In this document: one piece after another, positions 35,075 through 48,393 of the stretch
Numbering within the stretch: the stretch's first letter is position 1
Layout: each line of letters opens with the position of its first letter
DNA from: Vitrella brassicaformis CCMP3155
Taxonomy: Eukaryota; Protista; Chromerida
DNA: 64,000 nucleotides
Assembly (NCBI GenBank): GCA_001179505.1
Contig: CDMY01000343.1
Location: 1-64,000, forward strand
Reading direction: 5' to 3'
Translations under genes and position numbers: made by a program
The notes under the pieces: model-generated
The model's database searches: none
What the model was told of the DNA's origin: nothing
What the model saw: only the letters and a program-made list of their open reading frames with translations

Positions 35075-38000
35075 TTACGAAGCGCGTGTCGAGTTGACGG
35101 AGGACGGCATGGTCGACCCGTCAGCTCTCGTCGACGCGTCAATGGGCATCTGCAGGGTCGTGGGGAACAGGTGGCTCTGCCGCAGCCGGCCGCTCGCAGG
35201 CGGCACTGTCGTGCTGGCCATACCCGTCATCCCGCCGCCAGATCGGAAAACCCCCGCAGCAGCATCCGCAGCAGCAGCCGCCGCAGCTGCATTGGCGATG
35301 GCGTTCTTGCTGCTCATGAGGGAGGTGTGTGTCGATGGGGTGAGGCCCTCGTTGCTCTGGTGGCCAGAGTTGGTGAGGTTGACGACCTCGAGCTCGTTGA
35401 GGGCGCGTCTGAGGCCCTCGGTGGCGTCTTCGGTCTCGCAGCGCAGCAGGGGGCCGCCGGGCCGCTTGTGCCCGAAGGCGGCGCAGCAGAGGAGGGACCA
35501 GATGTTGCTGAGGGCCGGGTGCATGTGTGTGGGGTAGACCTCGTCGTCGCTCTCGAACATGGGCGGGGGCGTGTGCTGTCCGTGTGTGGTGGGGGTGTTG
35601 TGGGGTGGGTTGTTTGTGTGGGGGTGGGGATGGTCGTCCCGCCCGAGGGCCTCCCACAGGCCTTCGGCGTCGCCGTACACGCGGGTCTTGTGCCGTCTGA
35701 ACGCCGCGGGGCGGGGGGACGCCACTACCACAGCAGAACCTGCCACACACACACATCCAGAGAGAGAGAGGGAGAGAGAGAAAGAGAGGGAGATGGAGCC
35801 TGTGTTGCTGTGTTATGTGAGGGGGAAGGGTAAGTGGAGTGGGGGTGGAGGCACCTTGCATGCCGGAGGGGTCGAAGAAGGTCTTGAGCAGCAGCTGCAG
35901 GGGGAACGGGGGGGCGGCCCGCTTGAGCGCCGACTCGAAGACGGCCTTGTCGTCGTCACCACACAGCCTGACGGACAGACGACAGAGAGACAGTGGATGG
36001 ATTGATGGATGGATGGATGGATGGCGGTGTGCGTGCCTGAATGCGAAGAGCTGCGACACGAACACGCGCAGATGCAGTCGGTCACACCTGCACACCAACA
36101 CACACACGACGAGGGAACACAGTGTCAAGTCTGTGTGTGTGGTCTTTTGTTGTGTGTGGGTGGTGCGTACGGTTTGTCGGACGAGACTCTGCAGAGGTAG
36201 ATGTATCCGGGTAGCAGCTTGAGGTCGGCCACGAGCCCCTGCTGCTGCTGCGGACCCACCTGCAGAATCACCTCCAGAGGGTCGTAACGCTCATCTACAC
36301 GCACGCACACACACACACACACACAGAGAGAGAGAGAAAGATGGAGAGATGGATGGATGGATGGACGCGTGTGTTCGTGTGCGTGCCTTTGGGTTTGTCT
36401 GCCTCCAGCTTTGTCTGGAACAGCTGCAGGCATATCTCGACTTTCTCGTCAGTGGACCCGCTCAAAGCACTAAACACACACACACACCACCCAACACAGT
36501 GTCCGTCAGTGCGAAAGAGTGAGAGATTGTCAGCTGTCATGTCACCTCGGCTGCGACAGGGCGAAGTGGGCGTGCGCGGCGCTCTTGACGCCAACCAGCA
36601 CCATTGCGGGCTCGCGAGACGTGCTGATGCACGACTGACACACACACACACACACACAAGAGCACCATTCACTCACACGATGGCCGGCCACCGATCGTCC
36701 TTCTCCCGTGCTGTGCTGTGCTTACGGCGGAGTGCCATTTGGGTTCTCTGAGGAGTCGGACAGCGGTGCAGTGGGAGAAGGTCTGGCAGAAGTCGTCGCA
36801 GGCCATCCAGAATGAGCAGCGGGAGGGGTCTACGCCCAGCTTCTTGACACGCTCCAACGTCATCTCGGCTGACGTCAGGCCCCACCTGCACACACACAGA
36901 GACACAGAGACACACACACACACACACACACGAGAGAGAGAGAGAGAGACGCCCGTCTATGTGTGTGAGGGGTTGTGGTGTGCAGTCTCACACACTCACC
37001 TGCCGCGCCAGGAGCTGAAGTTCCATGGGTTCTGCAGCTCCACCAGCTTGACGTTCTCGAGGGTGGCAAACCGCAACACGGGGTACACAGACCCTGTAGG
37101 TAGACACACATCACACGGACGGAGAGAGCCTGCCTGCCTGTCTGCCTGTCTGTCTGTCTGTCTGGTGCGTGTTGAGTGCTGTGTGTGAAGGGTTGGTTAC
37201 TCACCGTTTTGGAGTCCGTTGACCTCTGCCCCTTTGGGCACATTGGGCTTGTTGAGCACCGCGCACAACGCAAAACTGATGGATGGAGACGGAGGATAGC
37301 ACACACACACCGAGAGATGGATGGATGGACAGGCGCAGCCAGGGGGATAGCCACGATGATATAGCCCACCCAGCCAGTCACCTGTTACGGCTGTGGTTTC
37401 TGAGGTACTCGTACTGCTCGGACCACACGTCGAAAGTGCTCATCGAGATCTCTCAACACAACACAAGACAACAGAAGACAAGACACTCACGGAGTGGAGT
37501 GCGTTCATCGAGGGATGTGGGTGGGAGGCCTGGCTGGCTGCCTTGCCTTAGGTACCTCCTTTGACGTGACCCCGGTGAGTGCCGTCAGCACGTCCCGCTC
37601 GATGCTCGTCACCATCGTGGCGTACGACCCGTGCAGCTTAGCATACGCCTACACACAATACAGAGAGAGACACACAGACAGACACGGAGAGAACCAAAAA
37701 GAGATTGTGTGGAGTGCGTGTGTGTGGTTCGGGGTTGGTGTGACCTTTTCGAGCAGCGCCACCCAGTACTCGTCGTGTTTAGAGGTACGCCCGAAGGCCA
37801 TGTGCGTCTTCTTGACCGTCTGGCCCTCCTTCTTGCGGAACGGCACGAAGTCGTCCAACACGTCATACACCCACACACCGTCCTAACCAACACACACACA
37901 CACACCCATAGCGGCCCTACACACACATGCCACACAGACACCTGTGCTGTGCGTGTGTACCATACCAGGTACATGACGACCCCGTAGATGCCCATCTGCG

Positions 38001-38857
38001 GGTCGTACTGCACCAGAGCGTCCGACGCCGCCGTCACAGACGTCGCACGCAAAGTCGCCAACGCACCGTGGAAAAAGGAATCGTCCAACGGACCTTAACA
38101 CAGACACACACACACACACGCACACACAGATGGGTGTCAATTGGTTCGGCCGACGTGACGTACCCCGGAAGAATGCCGAGGACCCGCTGACCGACATGGC
38201 GGCGTCCGGGGCGGGGTTAAAAATGTCACCCACGCGGCTGGCATGTCATACACACAACCAACCAACCAATGAACGAAGACAACCAAGACAACGCACACAA
38301 GCGGCTTAAGTGCATCATCCATCCATCGTGTCGTGCGTGTGTGTGAGTGCTGTGGTCTCACAGACGCACCACCAGACGAGGTCGTCTTTGGGCCCCTCGA
38401 CCTCCGTGCCGTAGATGGACTCATCCACAGCCGGGAAGCCCTTGTCCTCATACAGTGACGCCATTCCCTACACAAACACAAACAACCACACACACCCATC
38501 CCTCAACACACCCACTGGCACACAGACAGAAGCGGAGCCACCGACCTTCTTCCCCCGTGCGATTCTCTTCATGTCGTCCATGCAGGCCTTGACACAGGCC
38601 TCCCGCTGCTCGTTCCACGCCGTAGGGGGGTCCTCCAGGCCCACGTGGGGCGTGGCCACGAACTCCTGCAGCCCCTGCCGGCCCTTGACCCACTTGGGGC
38701 CCGCGGTGGTCTGCTTGTCCTTGTCGGTCGTCCCTGTGGAGCTCTTGCTGTCGTGGATGTCTCTATCGCCCTCAGTGAGCCCACTCGCGGTCATAGTCAG
38801 CAGCGGCTGCACACAACACGCACGACATCCATCCATCCATCCATCCATCCATCCATG

Positions 38858-38888
<31 letters not shown>

Positions 38889-39523
38889 GTGCGTGCGTGG
38901 CGAGTGGCTCACGTGTGCGTCGTCTGTGTTGGGTATGAGGTTCATCGGGACGTGCACCGGTGTGACAGCCTTTGTGTGGTGGGGGTAGCTGTGCATCGGC
39001 GGCAGGTCGCTCAGGCTCGAGTTGAGCTGCCCCGGCACGTTCAGCAGCCCCCCCTGTGGACCACCGTGGTTGCCCTCGTTCTTTTGATACACACTCGCGG
39101 TGAGCCTCGGCGGCTGGTGGGGATTGTAGTTCAGGGGGTCGATGCCCGAAGGCATGTCCGCCGACCACTGGCTGGTGTTGTTGCTCGGCAGCCCGTCGGG
39201 CGCCACGTACGAGGACGCCGTCAGAGTGGGATGCCCTGCGCTCACGCCACTCGGCGGCAGATAACCCTGCACACACACACGCACACACACACACACACAC
39301 ACACAGACACACACACACATCCGTGTGTTGTGTTGTGTTGTGTTGTGTGTTGCCATCCACGGTGTTGGCAATGATCCGTTCACTGACTGACCTGTGGCGG
39401 TGCTGACAGAGCGGTGCATGTTGCTGGAGGCGGCGCGGGCGGGGCGTAGATGGACTCCCCAGCGTTCATCGACGCCGTCAGCAGCGGGAAGCTGGTCCCC
39501 GCCACGGTGCTGTTCTCTGCCAT
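35075..39523 (-). CDS. Calpain-like protein (CysPc domain plus domain-III-like region), predicted catalytically inactive
   Basis: YEDKGFPA, FRG|PLDDSFFHGAL, WVYDVLDDFVP, YWVALLEK|AYAKLHGSY, GLQN|GSVYPVL, LQNPWN..WRG.WG and FWMACDDFCQTF. About 16 exons. The 3' end is uncertain. Confidence 0.88.
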
Positions 39524-39862
39524 AGGATCCAAACCACAGCCAGACAGACCAACGTCACGTCAATACCGCCCGACGACCGAGAGCCTGCCTCGACCACACG
39601 GCAGTGGAGATCTCTGCTTGTACTGGTGCCGCTGCACTTAATTGCTTGGAATTACAGCCTCACTGGTACCAGGCAAAGATCCACAGCTCGCACGAGCCTT
39701 TCTGCTTAGCGCGCTGTGCCGGGATGCTTGTGTGTGTGAACCTTTTCTGGGTTGAGACGAATCACCTGCGGCTGTCATCTCTTGCCATCTCGTTGTCTCT
39801 CCCTCTCTCCCACGTTGATCTCCCTGCTCTCACGTGAGAAGCACCGATCGTCTGGGCGTCTT

Positions 39863-40677
39863 ATGGAGGCATCATCATCTTCGTCAGCGGCCGCCGCCGG
39901 TGGCGAGGCCGCAGCAGCAGCAGCCGCAGCAGCAGCAGCCGCTGTGCCCATGTCCATGGCCATAGCTGCCGATGGGGACGAAGAACTGATGGAACACTCG
40001 ACTCTCGAGGTCAGTCAGCCGTGCAGCCATACACACACACACACACACACACACACATATCTCTGTATGCCGAGGATTCACTCTCTCTGTATATGTGTGT
40101 GTGTGTTGCAGGAGTTGATCTGCACACCGTCGTACAAGTGGATCTTTGTGGGCGGCAAGGGCGGGGTGGGCAAGACCACCACCTCATGCTCCATCGCCGT
40201 AGAACTCGCCAAAAGGAGGGGAAGCGTACGAACGCTGCACAGATCACATCACACGTGCCACACACAGATGCGCACACACACATGGATGGATGGATGTGTG
40301 TGTGCGTGTAGGTGTTGATACTGTCCACCGACCCGGCGCACAACTTGAGCGATGCCTTCACGCAGAAGTTCACCAACACGCCCACACTCATTGACGGATT
40401 CGACAACCTCCACGCCATGGTGAGGACGCGACTGCACACACACACACCACACCGGAATGCCCTCCCTCCCTCCCTCTCCCCCGCCCCCTCTGTGTCCATG
40501 TGTGTGTGTGTGTGTGTGTTTAGGAGATCGATTCATCGTACCAGGAGAACGCTGAGTTTCGGCTCAAGACGGACGAGGGCTGGAACCGTGTCCTGCCCGA
40601 GCTGCTGTCTGCCTTCCCGGGCATCGACGAGGCACTCTCATTCGCAGAACTCATGCAGTAAGTATGGAACACACACA

Positions 40678-40712
<35 letters not shown>

Positions 40713-41696
40713 CCGCCACACGCACACACGCAGAGGGGTGCGTCATGTGTCGTGTGTTGTGTGTGGTGGTTGATCGGTCATTCGGTCGGTCAGGTCAGTG
40801 CAGTCGATGAAGTACGACGTGATAGTGTTCGACACGGCCCCCACGGGCCACACGCTGCGGCTGCTGTCCTTCCCCGACCTGTTGGAGAAGGCCCTGCAGA
40901 AGATCCAGGCCATCAAGAACAAGATGCAGGGGGCCCTGCAGATGCTCAACATGGTCGCCGGGCAGTCATTCAACGAGGAAGACGTAAGCCCGCACACACG
41001 CGCCGGGGGGTGGTGTTGTTGATGCCCCTCTGTGTGTGGATGTGTGTGTGTGTGTGTGTGTTGATTCAGATGCACAATCGTCTCGATGGGCTCAAGGCCA
41101 TCACCACATCAGTGCGGGAGACGCTGCAAGATCCCGTAAGACACGCCATGAATGCCATGCCAACACACACACGAGGGACGTCACGCTCGTGTGTGATGTG
41201 TTGTGTGTGCAGACGCAGACGACGTTTGTGTGTGTGTGCATCCCCGAGTTCCTCAGCGTCTACGAGACGGAGAGGCTGGTGCAGGAACTCGCCAAGTGAG
41301 TGGATGGACAAAGGCTACCCACCCAACACAGGGAGGCGGAACGGGCCATGTAGGCGGCTGGCGTGGGTGTCTGGTGCACGTGTGTGTGGTGTGCAGGCAG
41401 GGCATCGACTGCAGCAACATCATCGTCAACCAAGTGCTCTTCCCCGTCGGTGAGTAACAGACAGAAACCACACACACACACACACACACGCACCAGCCAT
41501 GGTTCGGTTCTCATGTGTGTGCAGACGTGCCGGATGACTTAGCTGCGGCAGAGGCAGACGATGAGTCAAAGGACGAGCCCCACCCCATGGGTGCAGACGT
41601 CGATCCATCCGAGACCATCGCTGCACTGAGGAGGGAAAACAGAACACTCAGGAAGAAGGTGAGGTGCTGGCAGATATATAACACACACTATCGAAG

Positions 41697-41736
<40 letters not shown>

Positions 41737-42111
41737 TGTGTCTGTGTGTGTCTGTGTGGGGGTGTATGTATCCCTCATTAGGTGTGTGCGTTGGAGGCCA
41801 ATCTGCACTGCCGTCGGAAGATGCAGTCCAAGTACCTCTGCCAGATACAGGACCTCTACACAGAAGACTTCAACGTCGGTACGTAAATCAGCCGACAGAC
41901 ACAAGGGAGGGCCTCTCTGCGGGCTGGCCGGGAGTGCCACGCCACCAGATCAGATCTCTCTTCTCTCCCTCTGTGCGTGCCGTCCGTGTGTGTGTCAGTG
42001 TGTATGCCTTTGGCGAGTGAGGAGGTCCGCGGATTGGACAGGCTGCGCGCCTTCTCACAGGGGCTGCTCACACGGAGGGACCTGCCCATCGTGCAAGACG
42101 ACAAGGAGTGA
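39863..42111 (+). CDS. GET3: GET3/ASNA1/TRC40 (ArsA-family ATPase, tail-anchored protein insertion)
   Basis: [75 protein letters not shown] and [13 protein letters not shown]. Stop TGA at 42109-42111. Confidence 0.96.
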
Positions 42112-42384
42112 ATCCATGCGTAACACAGACCATAGTCTGTTTGGGTTTGTAGCTGTTATGCCACCCGCTGGATAGACAGACGGACGGACATGTTGACATT
42201 TTGCCACTCTCATGTTCATGTGTGTGTCAAAATGTGTGTGTGGAGTCCGATAGGTCGACTGCATGGACAAGACAAATTTTCTCGCCCCGTTCCACCCACG
42301 ACCCACCCACACCCACACGCACACCCACTTACACCACTCAGAGAGACACACGGAGAGACACAGGCCCCCTCCCTCCTGAGTGTG

Positions 42385-45300
42385 TCACGCCCCATATGTG
42401 AAAGCCCGCTTGGTTAAGAACCTGACGGCAGCATTCCGCTGCTGCCGCGATAGTTTGTCCAGCCACATCTCCATGTTAGCCAAAATCCTGCTCTCACCCT
42501 CCACACCCACACCCACACCACCACCACCACCATACGCCCTTCCCTCTCTCCCCCTCTCTCTCCAGTCGGGCACATGTATCGCTCCGAGGCTGCCCGTCAT
42601 CTTGGCCTCTTCCAGCGCAGAGAAGGCCATCCTTGTGGTCAGAGAGGGGGTCGACGAGCGGCGTCTCGATGCCGACGAGAACGAGGGCGAGAACGTGGCC
42701 GTGAGGTCCGTGTGTTTGCTCGTGGCGTCGCTCTTGAGTGTCGTCGCGCTGAATAGCCGATCTCTCTCTTTGTCTTTGCTCCCCCTCTGCTGGTGGTGGT
42801 GGTGGTGGTGTGGGGGAGACAGCACATGATCCCCTTCAGACGTCGTTCCCTTGTTGAGATTTCGTGTCTTCCCTGCAGTGGTTGGCCGGCTGAGCACGGC
42901 CCCTGTGGGCGAATCAGAGGTCACCACAGCCGATGTGCACATGGGCGAGTCGGCGAGCTTCTTGCCAACCGGACAGGTGGGCGGGGAGGACGTTGCCATC
43001 GCCATTGCCGATGGCTGCTGCTGCTGCTGCTGCTGCCTCTTGTGTGCGGAGGCAGAGAGGCGTCTGCGTGCGGATGATCGGCGAGACATTGACAGGGATC
43101 GTCTGCGCATTGTTGGGCTGTTGCTGTGGTGAGGGTTTGGGGACCACCCCAGCAGCCGAGTCCGCCTCTCCCTCTTTCTGCTGGACGGCCGACGCATTTG
43201 CATGTCTCGCTGCACACATACACATACAGGGACACACAAACAAGGAGTGACTTGCCTGATCGATCACGTGCAGGCCCACACGCATCGATCCATTGTCACC
43301 TACCTGAGCAGCAGCAAACGAGGACTGGGCAACAGATGCGGAGGCGGCTGGGTCGCCGAACGACGGCAAAGTGGTAGCTCTTCTGTCGGCGGCGGCATGA
43401 TGGCTCCTCTCCTGACTGCTGCCTCTCCGGCCCGTTGACGACCGCCTCCGCTTGGCTGACTTCCTGCGAGACGCTGGGGGGCTCCTGAGTCTGTCGAACA
43501 GGGCAGCTCTGAAGTAGTCGTACTCGGTGGATGGCTGCTGGTGGTGGTCCCGGTGGTGGTGGGTGTTGGTGTCAGGAGAGGAGGGGGCTGATATCAGGGG
43601 CGGTGTGGCGGACACCTGGATGAATCGAAGATCGGAGGCGTCTTTGTGTCTCGGTGTGCCTCTCTCTCTCCCCTTGTGCGTGTCTGTGTGTGTACCCTTG
43701 GCAGTGCATCAGATGCGCGTGAAGACCTCTTGCCGATGGTGGGTGTCCGTCTGGCCGGGGGATCGTTCGGCACAGCATAGAACGAAGGCAGCGACGCACA
43801 CACATCGCCGGGCGAGTCCGTTGCCCCCCGGGCTTTCGCCCCTCCGCCTCCTCCCTTCTTGACCAGCTTCTCAAGCATCGGCGCAGGGACGATGTAGAAC
43901 CGATGAGAAGCGCTCATGTGGCCCGATGACGGCCGGGAGAGGGCTCTCGATCGGGCGGTAGCTGTGGGGGTGGTCTCCGGGTCAGAGACAGCCTTGTTCT
44001 CTATCTCCTTGTGCTCGTGGATGACCTCTGTAAGCGCCTTCTGCACGGCCTGCTCCACCACACGGCGCGCGACGGCATCCACGGCAATCTCCCTGTCGTC
44101 TTTCTCTGGCACCGTCACCGTCTGCACTCTGCGATTCCTCAGCCTCGTTACAGGCACGTGTACCGGCGGGGCAGTGCCCCAGCTGCTGATCAGCCGTGAT
44201 GCGGGGCCGTCACGAGACGCATGGACGGGTGGAGGGAGAGGGGTGGGGGTCGCCATGGACATCGACATAGGGGCCCAGCGCTTCACTGGGGGAGGGGTGG
44301 TGCGCTCAGGGGCCGAGAATCGACGTAGGTGTGTGGCTGCCTCTTTTTCAGCGGTAGCAGCAGCAGGTCGTGGTGGTGGTCTCTTTCTGGCGGATGTTTT
44401 GCGTGTTGGGGGGCTTCGCTGGCCGCCGTGCGATGACTTTCTTCTCATGGATGTGGTGTAGGGACTGGTCTGCACGCCCGTACAGACCGACTGCCGCCGT
44501 CCTTCCCATGAATGCTTGTTTCGTTGCTGGTGGTGGTGGTGGTGCTTGGACGATGAGAGAAGGGATGGGAGGGCAAAGCCGCCGTCGCCATCATGGATGC
44601 CCGTCTCGATGGCGGGGAGCACCCTCCTGTTGGACATGAGTGGTCTCATACATTCAAAGACAGAGAGAGGGAAGGCGCAGCACCCACCTGTGTTCGGCAA
44701 TGGTGGGAAGTGACGATCGCACAGGTGTCCGCACAGGTGTCCTGCGTGCACATGGGGGGAGGGTGGCGTCCCTCTCAGCAGCTCCCTCTACCGACTCGAT
44801 GCCGATGCAGGATGCATAAGGGGAGGGGTACCGCGTCAGCTCGAAGCCAGAGGCAGACTCCCCCACCGCACCCCCCACTGATGTGAGCGGCATCACGGGC
44901 AGACAGCACGGCTCCACCTTCACCATCTCTGTCTCCGTGGCCACCACATTCACACCAGCGGAGACGGGTGTCTCCGTGTCCGGCGGGAGGGAGGAAGACT
45001 GGCTCGCGTGATCCTCACAAGCCAATGCAGACGCACCATCGCCATGTGCAGCTGGGGCAGCTGCTGATGCCGACATTGCCGGAGCCTCAATCATTTGTGG
45101 AGCCGTCTTGGATCTGCGAAACGCCTCCTTTTCTTTCGGTCCTTTCCCTCGGGGTAGGGGGCTGTCAGTGATGCCTGTGAGTGCTCTGCGATACTTCTCC
45201 AGCCTGCTGAGGGGGTCTGGTGGGATCATGGCGAATGGATCGGGCCGGGCACGTGAAGCAGGTGCGATGGGAGTGTGGCTGTGGTCCTTATCGACGGCTG

Positions 45301-45832
45301 GCGGGCAGGGAGAGGGAGAGGGGGAGGGAGACGGGGAGGGGGAGGGCCCATCGCTGTTGCTGCTGGCGATAGAGTCGTGCAGCTTGAGGTACTCTCGCAC
45401 GGGCATCGTGTAGCTTGCCGGCAACAGACCGAACACCTTTAGACAAGACAGACATTCAAACACACACGCCGCCACTGCAAATGTGATCAACATGCACACG
45501 TACCTGCCCGCCTCTCTCCTTCCCGGCCTCGTCTGCCTCATCGGATGTCCCATCATTGTAAGGCGCAGCGTACAGCCACCCATCGCTCGACTCCCCCAGC
45601 ACCTCCAAAATCTGCATCAATTGAGGCCAACCGTAGCGCAAATGGAAAAGGCTCGACAATGCTGCACCATGGTGCCGTCCTGACCCACCCATGATGCACT
45701 CACCTGGCCCTCGGTGACCTTCAGCGGCTTCCAGGAGTGGGTGGGCCAAGCTAACTCGAGGTCGGGCGGCGGAAAGTCGAAGAGAGCTACCAGCAGGGTC
45801 TCCGACTGCGCAACCGACTGCACCGTTGCCAT
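42385..45832 (-). CDS. N-terminal SH3-domain protein with very long Pro/Ser-rich low-complexity region
   Basis: ALFDFPPPDLEL...LKVTEGQ|ILEVLGESSDGWLYA...GQ|VFGLLPASY matches the SH3 pattern ALYDY...L.F..G..I.VL....GW......G.FP.NY. The downstream exon structure is approximate. Confidence 0.75.
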
Positions 45833-46721
45833 CCTCCCAGCATACGGTGGAAAAGCTTGCTCAGCTGCATGCGGCCCCCAAAGGGCCCTCCGTCTTATGA
45901 ATCCCGCCCGCAGCCGTCACCCCGATTGAGCCTGTCGGGACTCGCCTGGCGCACCCAAGTCACATCAGTGCGTCACGCGACAACCACATCCATCCATCCA
46001 TCCAGCCAGCTGCTGGACGCAATCCTTGATGTTCTTCTTTGTGGGATGGATGAATTATCCCCGCAGTGCGGACGTCCTGCGGGCTGCCGTCAACTTTGAA
46101 GGAAGGGTGGCGTGGCACAGCCTGCGTGTGCCACTGGGCGTGGCGTGAGACATAAAATGGGCACACTTGGACTGGGTTGGCGGCCAGCAAGAGCTGACTG
46201 ACTGGCCATGCACTGTTGGACGCGAAGTCTAGGTGTTCGGACTGTGTCTGCACATGAATCGAGTCGCACTGTCTGTCGTCACATCAAGACAGCACAGGCA
46301 TACAGTACATCAGTGCCGGGCAGTACTCCAAAAGTCAACAGAACATCGACCACAAGGAAATAAACAAATCGAAAGTCACAGAAATCACGAGCAGTGTAAT
46401 CGCTGCACGTCTCAGTCACCACGTGCTGCTCTCACGAAAGGGAAAAGGCCCGACGCGGAGTCTCAGCACAAATCAACAGTATACGCGATACACACAGACA
46501 GACACAGGGCGCCAGCCACAGCGCGCACACACACGCACACACGCACACGGACACACGGACACATACATGCACTCACACAACGGCACACACCGGCACACGC
46601 ACACGCAGAGAACATACTGCAGTCCAGCCACCCGGCTCCTTTCGCTGGGCATCGCAACATGCAGGTCACACACAAGGAAAGAACAGACGATACCAACGCA
46701 TGTAGGTCAGATTGTCCGCAT

Positions 46722-47847
46722 TCACGGCTGCAGAAGTCCCTTGAGGCTTTCCGCCAGCTGCTCGACCACCGCGTCCGGCTCCTCGCTCTCCTCTGTCTTG
46801 AGCTCGAGCTGGCGGGCCATCGCCGCGTTGGCTTTCTCGAGTGCTGTGATCTTGGCCTGCATGTCCTGGACCACTCCCACGGTGCGATACAGCAGCTGCA
46901 TCAAGCCCACTCCCTCTTCTTCCACTTCCTCTTCGGCCTCCCACTGAGTCTCTTGCGAGACAACCTCAGGGAGGACGGCCTTCACGTCAGCAGGCACCAA
47001 GCCGAGCTTCACAGACCCCTGTTCGTCTTCGTAGGTCTTCAGAGACAGCTTCGAGAAGCTGCAAGACAAAGAGCAGAGCACAGGAAAGCAGTGCACGCAG
47101 AAATGTGTTGACTGTAAGCACCCGTCGTAGGTCGCCTGTCGGGCCTCTTGCTCAGGTCTGAGGCACGCCTGTCGCCGGCGACGGGTTCGAGTAGACCGAA
47201 AGGAGGTTTCCTGTCCCTTAGTTCGTTAACGAATATCGTAGGAAAGTAGAAGTTCCTCATCGACTCCAGGGCACTGTGGGGGTGCCATACTGCATGCATC
47301 CAGCCACGCACTCGCTTCGTGTACTGTACGGGCCGATAGCTCTTGCTTACTGATGCGTCGGTCGCCAGGGAACCTGATGCCATGCTGTGTCCGGTCAGTA
47401 GTGAGGATGTTCAGGCCGTTTTGTGAGTCCACTCTGTCCCCAGCAACGACGACGTTGTTAGCGATCACGTTATTCCCAGCCCTGACGTTGACATCACCGA
47501 GCACGCTGCCCGCAGACCTGACGTCGCCGCCAGCGACCACTTCACCGTTCCGGGCGGTTGCCTCCGGTTTCTTGTCGTTCTTCCCTGCACGCAAAGCGAC
47601 GAAGGAAAACGTACGTGTGGAGACTCAGTGCTTCCACCCCTTCTCTCACAGCACACACACAAACCGGCGTAGATATACTTGCAGTCACCCTTGTCATCTG
47701 CAGACACGCGTGGACGACGTCGTGTGTCACTGTGCAGCTGGCTCTCTCACTGTACGTGCGTCTCTGACCTGGGTCACAGCCGCACAGCACGCGGCCCGGG
47801 AGGAGCGTCGCCAGAAGAAGCACGCACAGACGGAGGAAGCACGCCAT
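46722..47847 (-). CDS. Secreted protein with peptidase S74 / intramolecular-chaperone-like C-terminal domain; frame apparently disrupted (possible pseudogene)
   Basis: Signal-like MACFLRLCVLLLATLLPGRVLC, then a tail-fibre-like GEVVAGGDVRSAGSVLGDVNVRAGNNVIA segment. The last exon FSKLSLKTY...LGLVPADVKAVLPEVV...VGLMQLLYRTVGVVQDMQAKITALE matches the S74 pattern plus coiled coil. An in-frame TAA lies at 47226-47228. Confidence 0.6.
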
Positions 47848-48393
47848 TTCGATTTGCGGATCTGAAGGAATCTGATTTTGTACACGGTACAGCGTTAACG
47901 GGCATCACTCCGTAAAACGGCAATTCGTTTGATTCTGACACAACTATCATCGGCAAGAGCGATATGGGAGGCACTGAGGGAGGCAGGGAGGCAGGGAGGG
48001 ACAGACGGAGGGAAGGAGGGGGAGAGAACCAAAGGGAACCTGCACACTACCATGAGCTGTGTGCTGTTTTGTGTGTGAATGTGTGTGTGTGTGTGCGTGT
48101 GCGTGTGTGTGGCTGTAGGTGCTGTGATACCCGAGATCATCCAGCCACAAAACACCAGCTCTGCCCGGCATCACGTCCGGCATCTCATTGCAAGAGGCTG
48201 TGGATGGCCAGGGAACGGCCAGTTCTGTGCGTTGTGGGGCAGCCCTATGTTTCTCTGTCATTTCTCTATCACATCTCGCCATACACGCACGCGTGGATCT
48301 GACCGTACACGCATCTGGCAGTGCCAGCCATGCACGCACCCCAAAATATGCAGCCCCGCCACCACACACACACACCACACGCGCTCGCCTGAG

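Noticed and set aside
45960-46660. Short ORFs between the SH3 and S74 genes
   Set aside because: No recognisable motif or consistent splice chain; could be UTR or unrecognised 5' exons of the SH3 gene.
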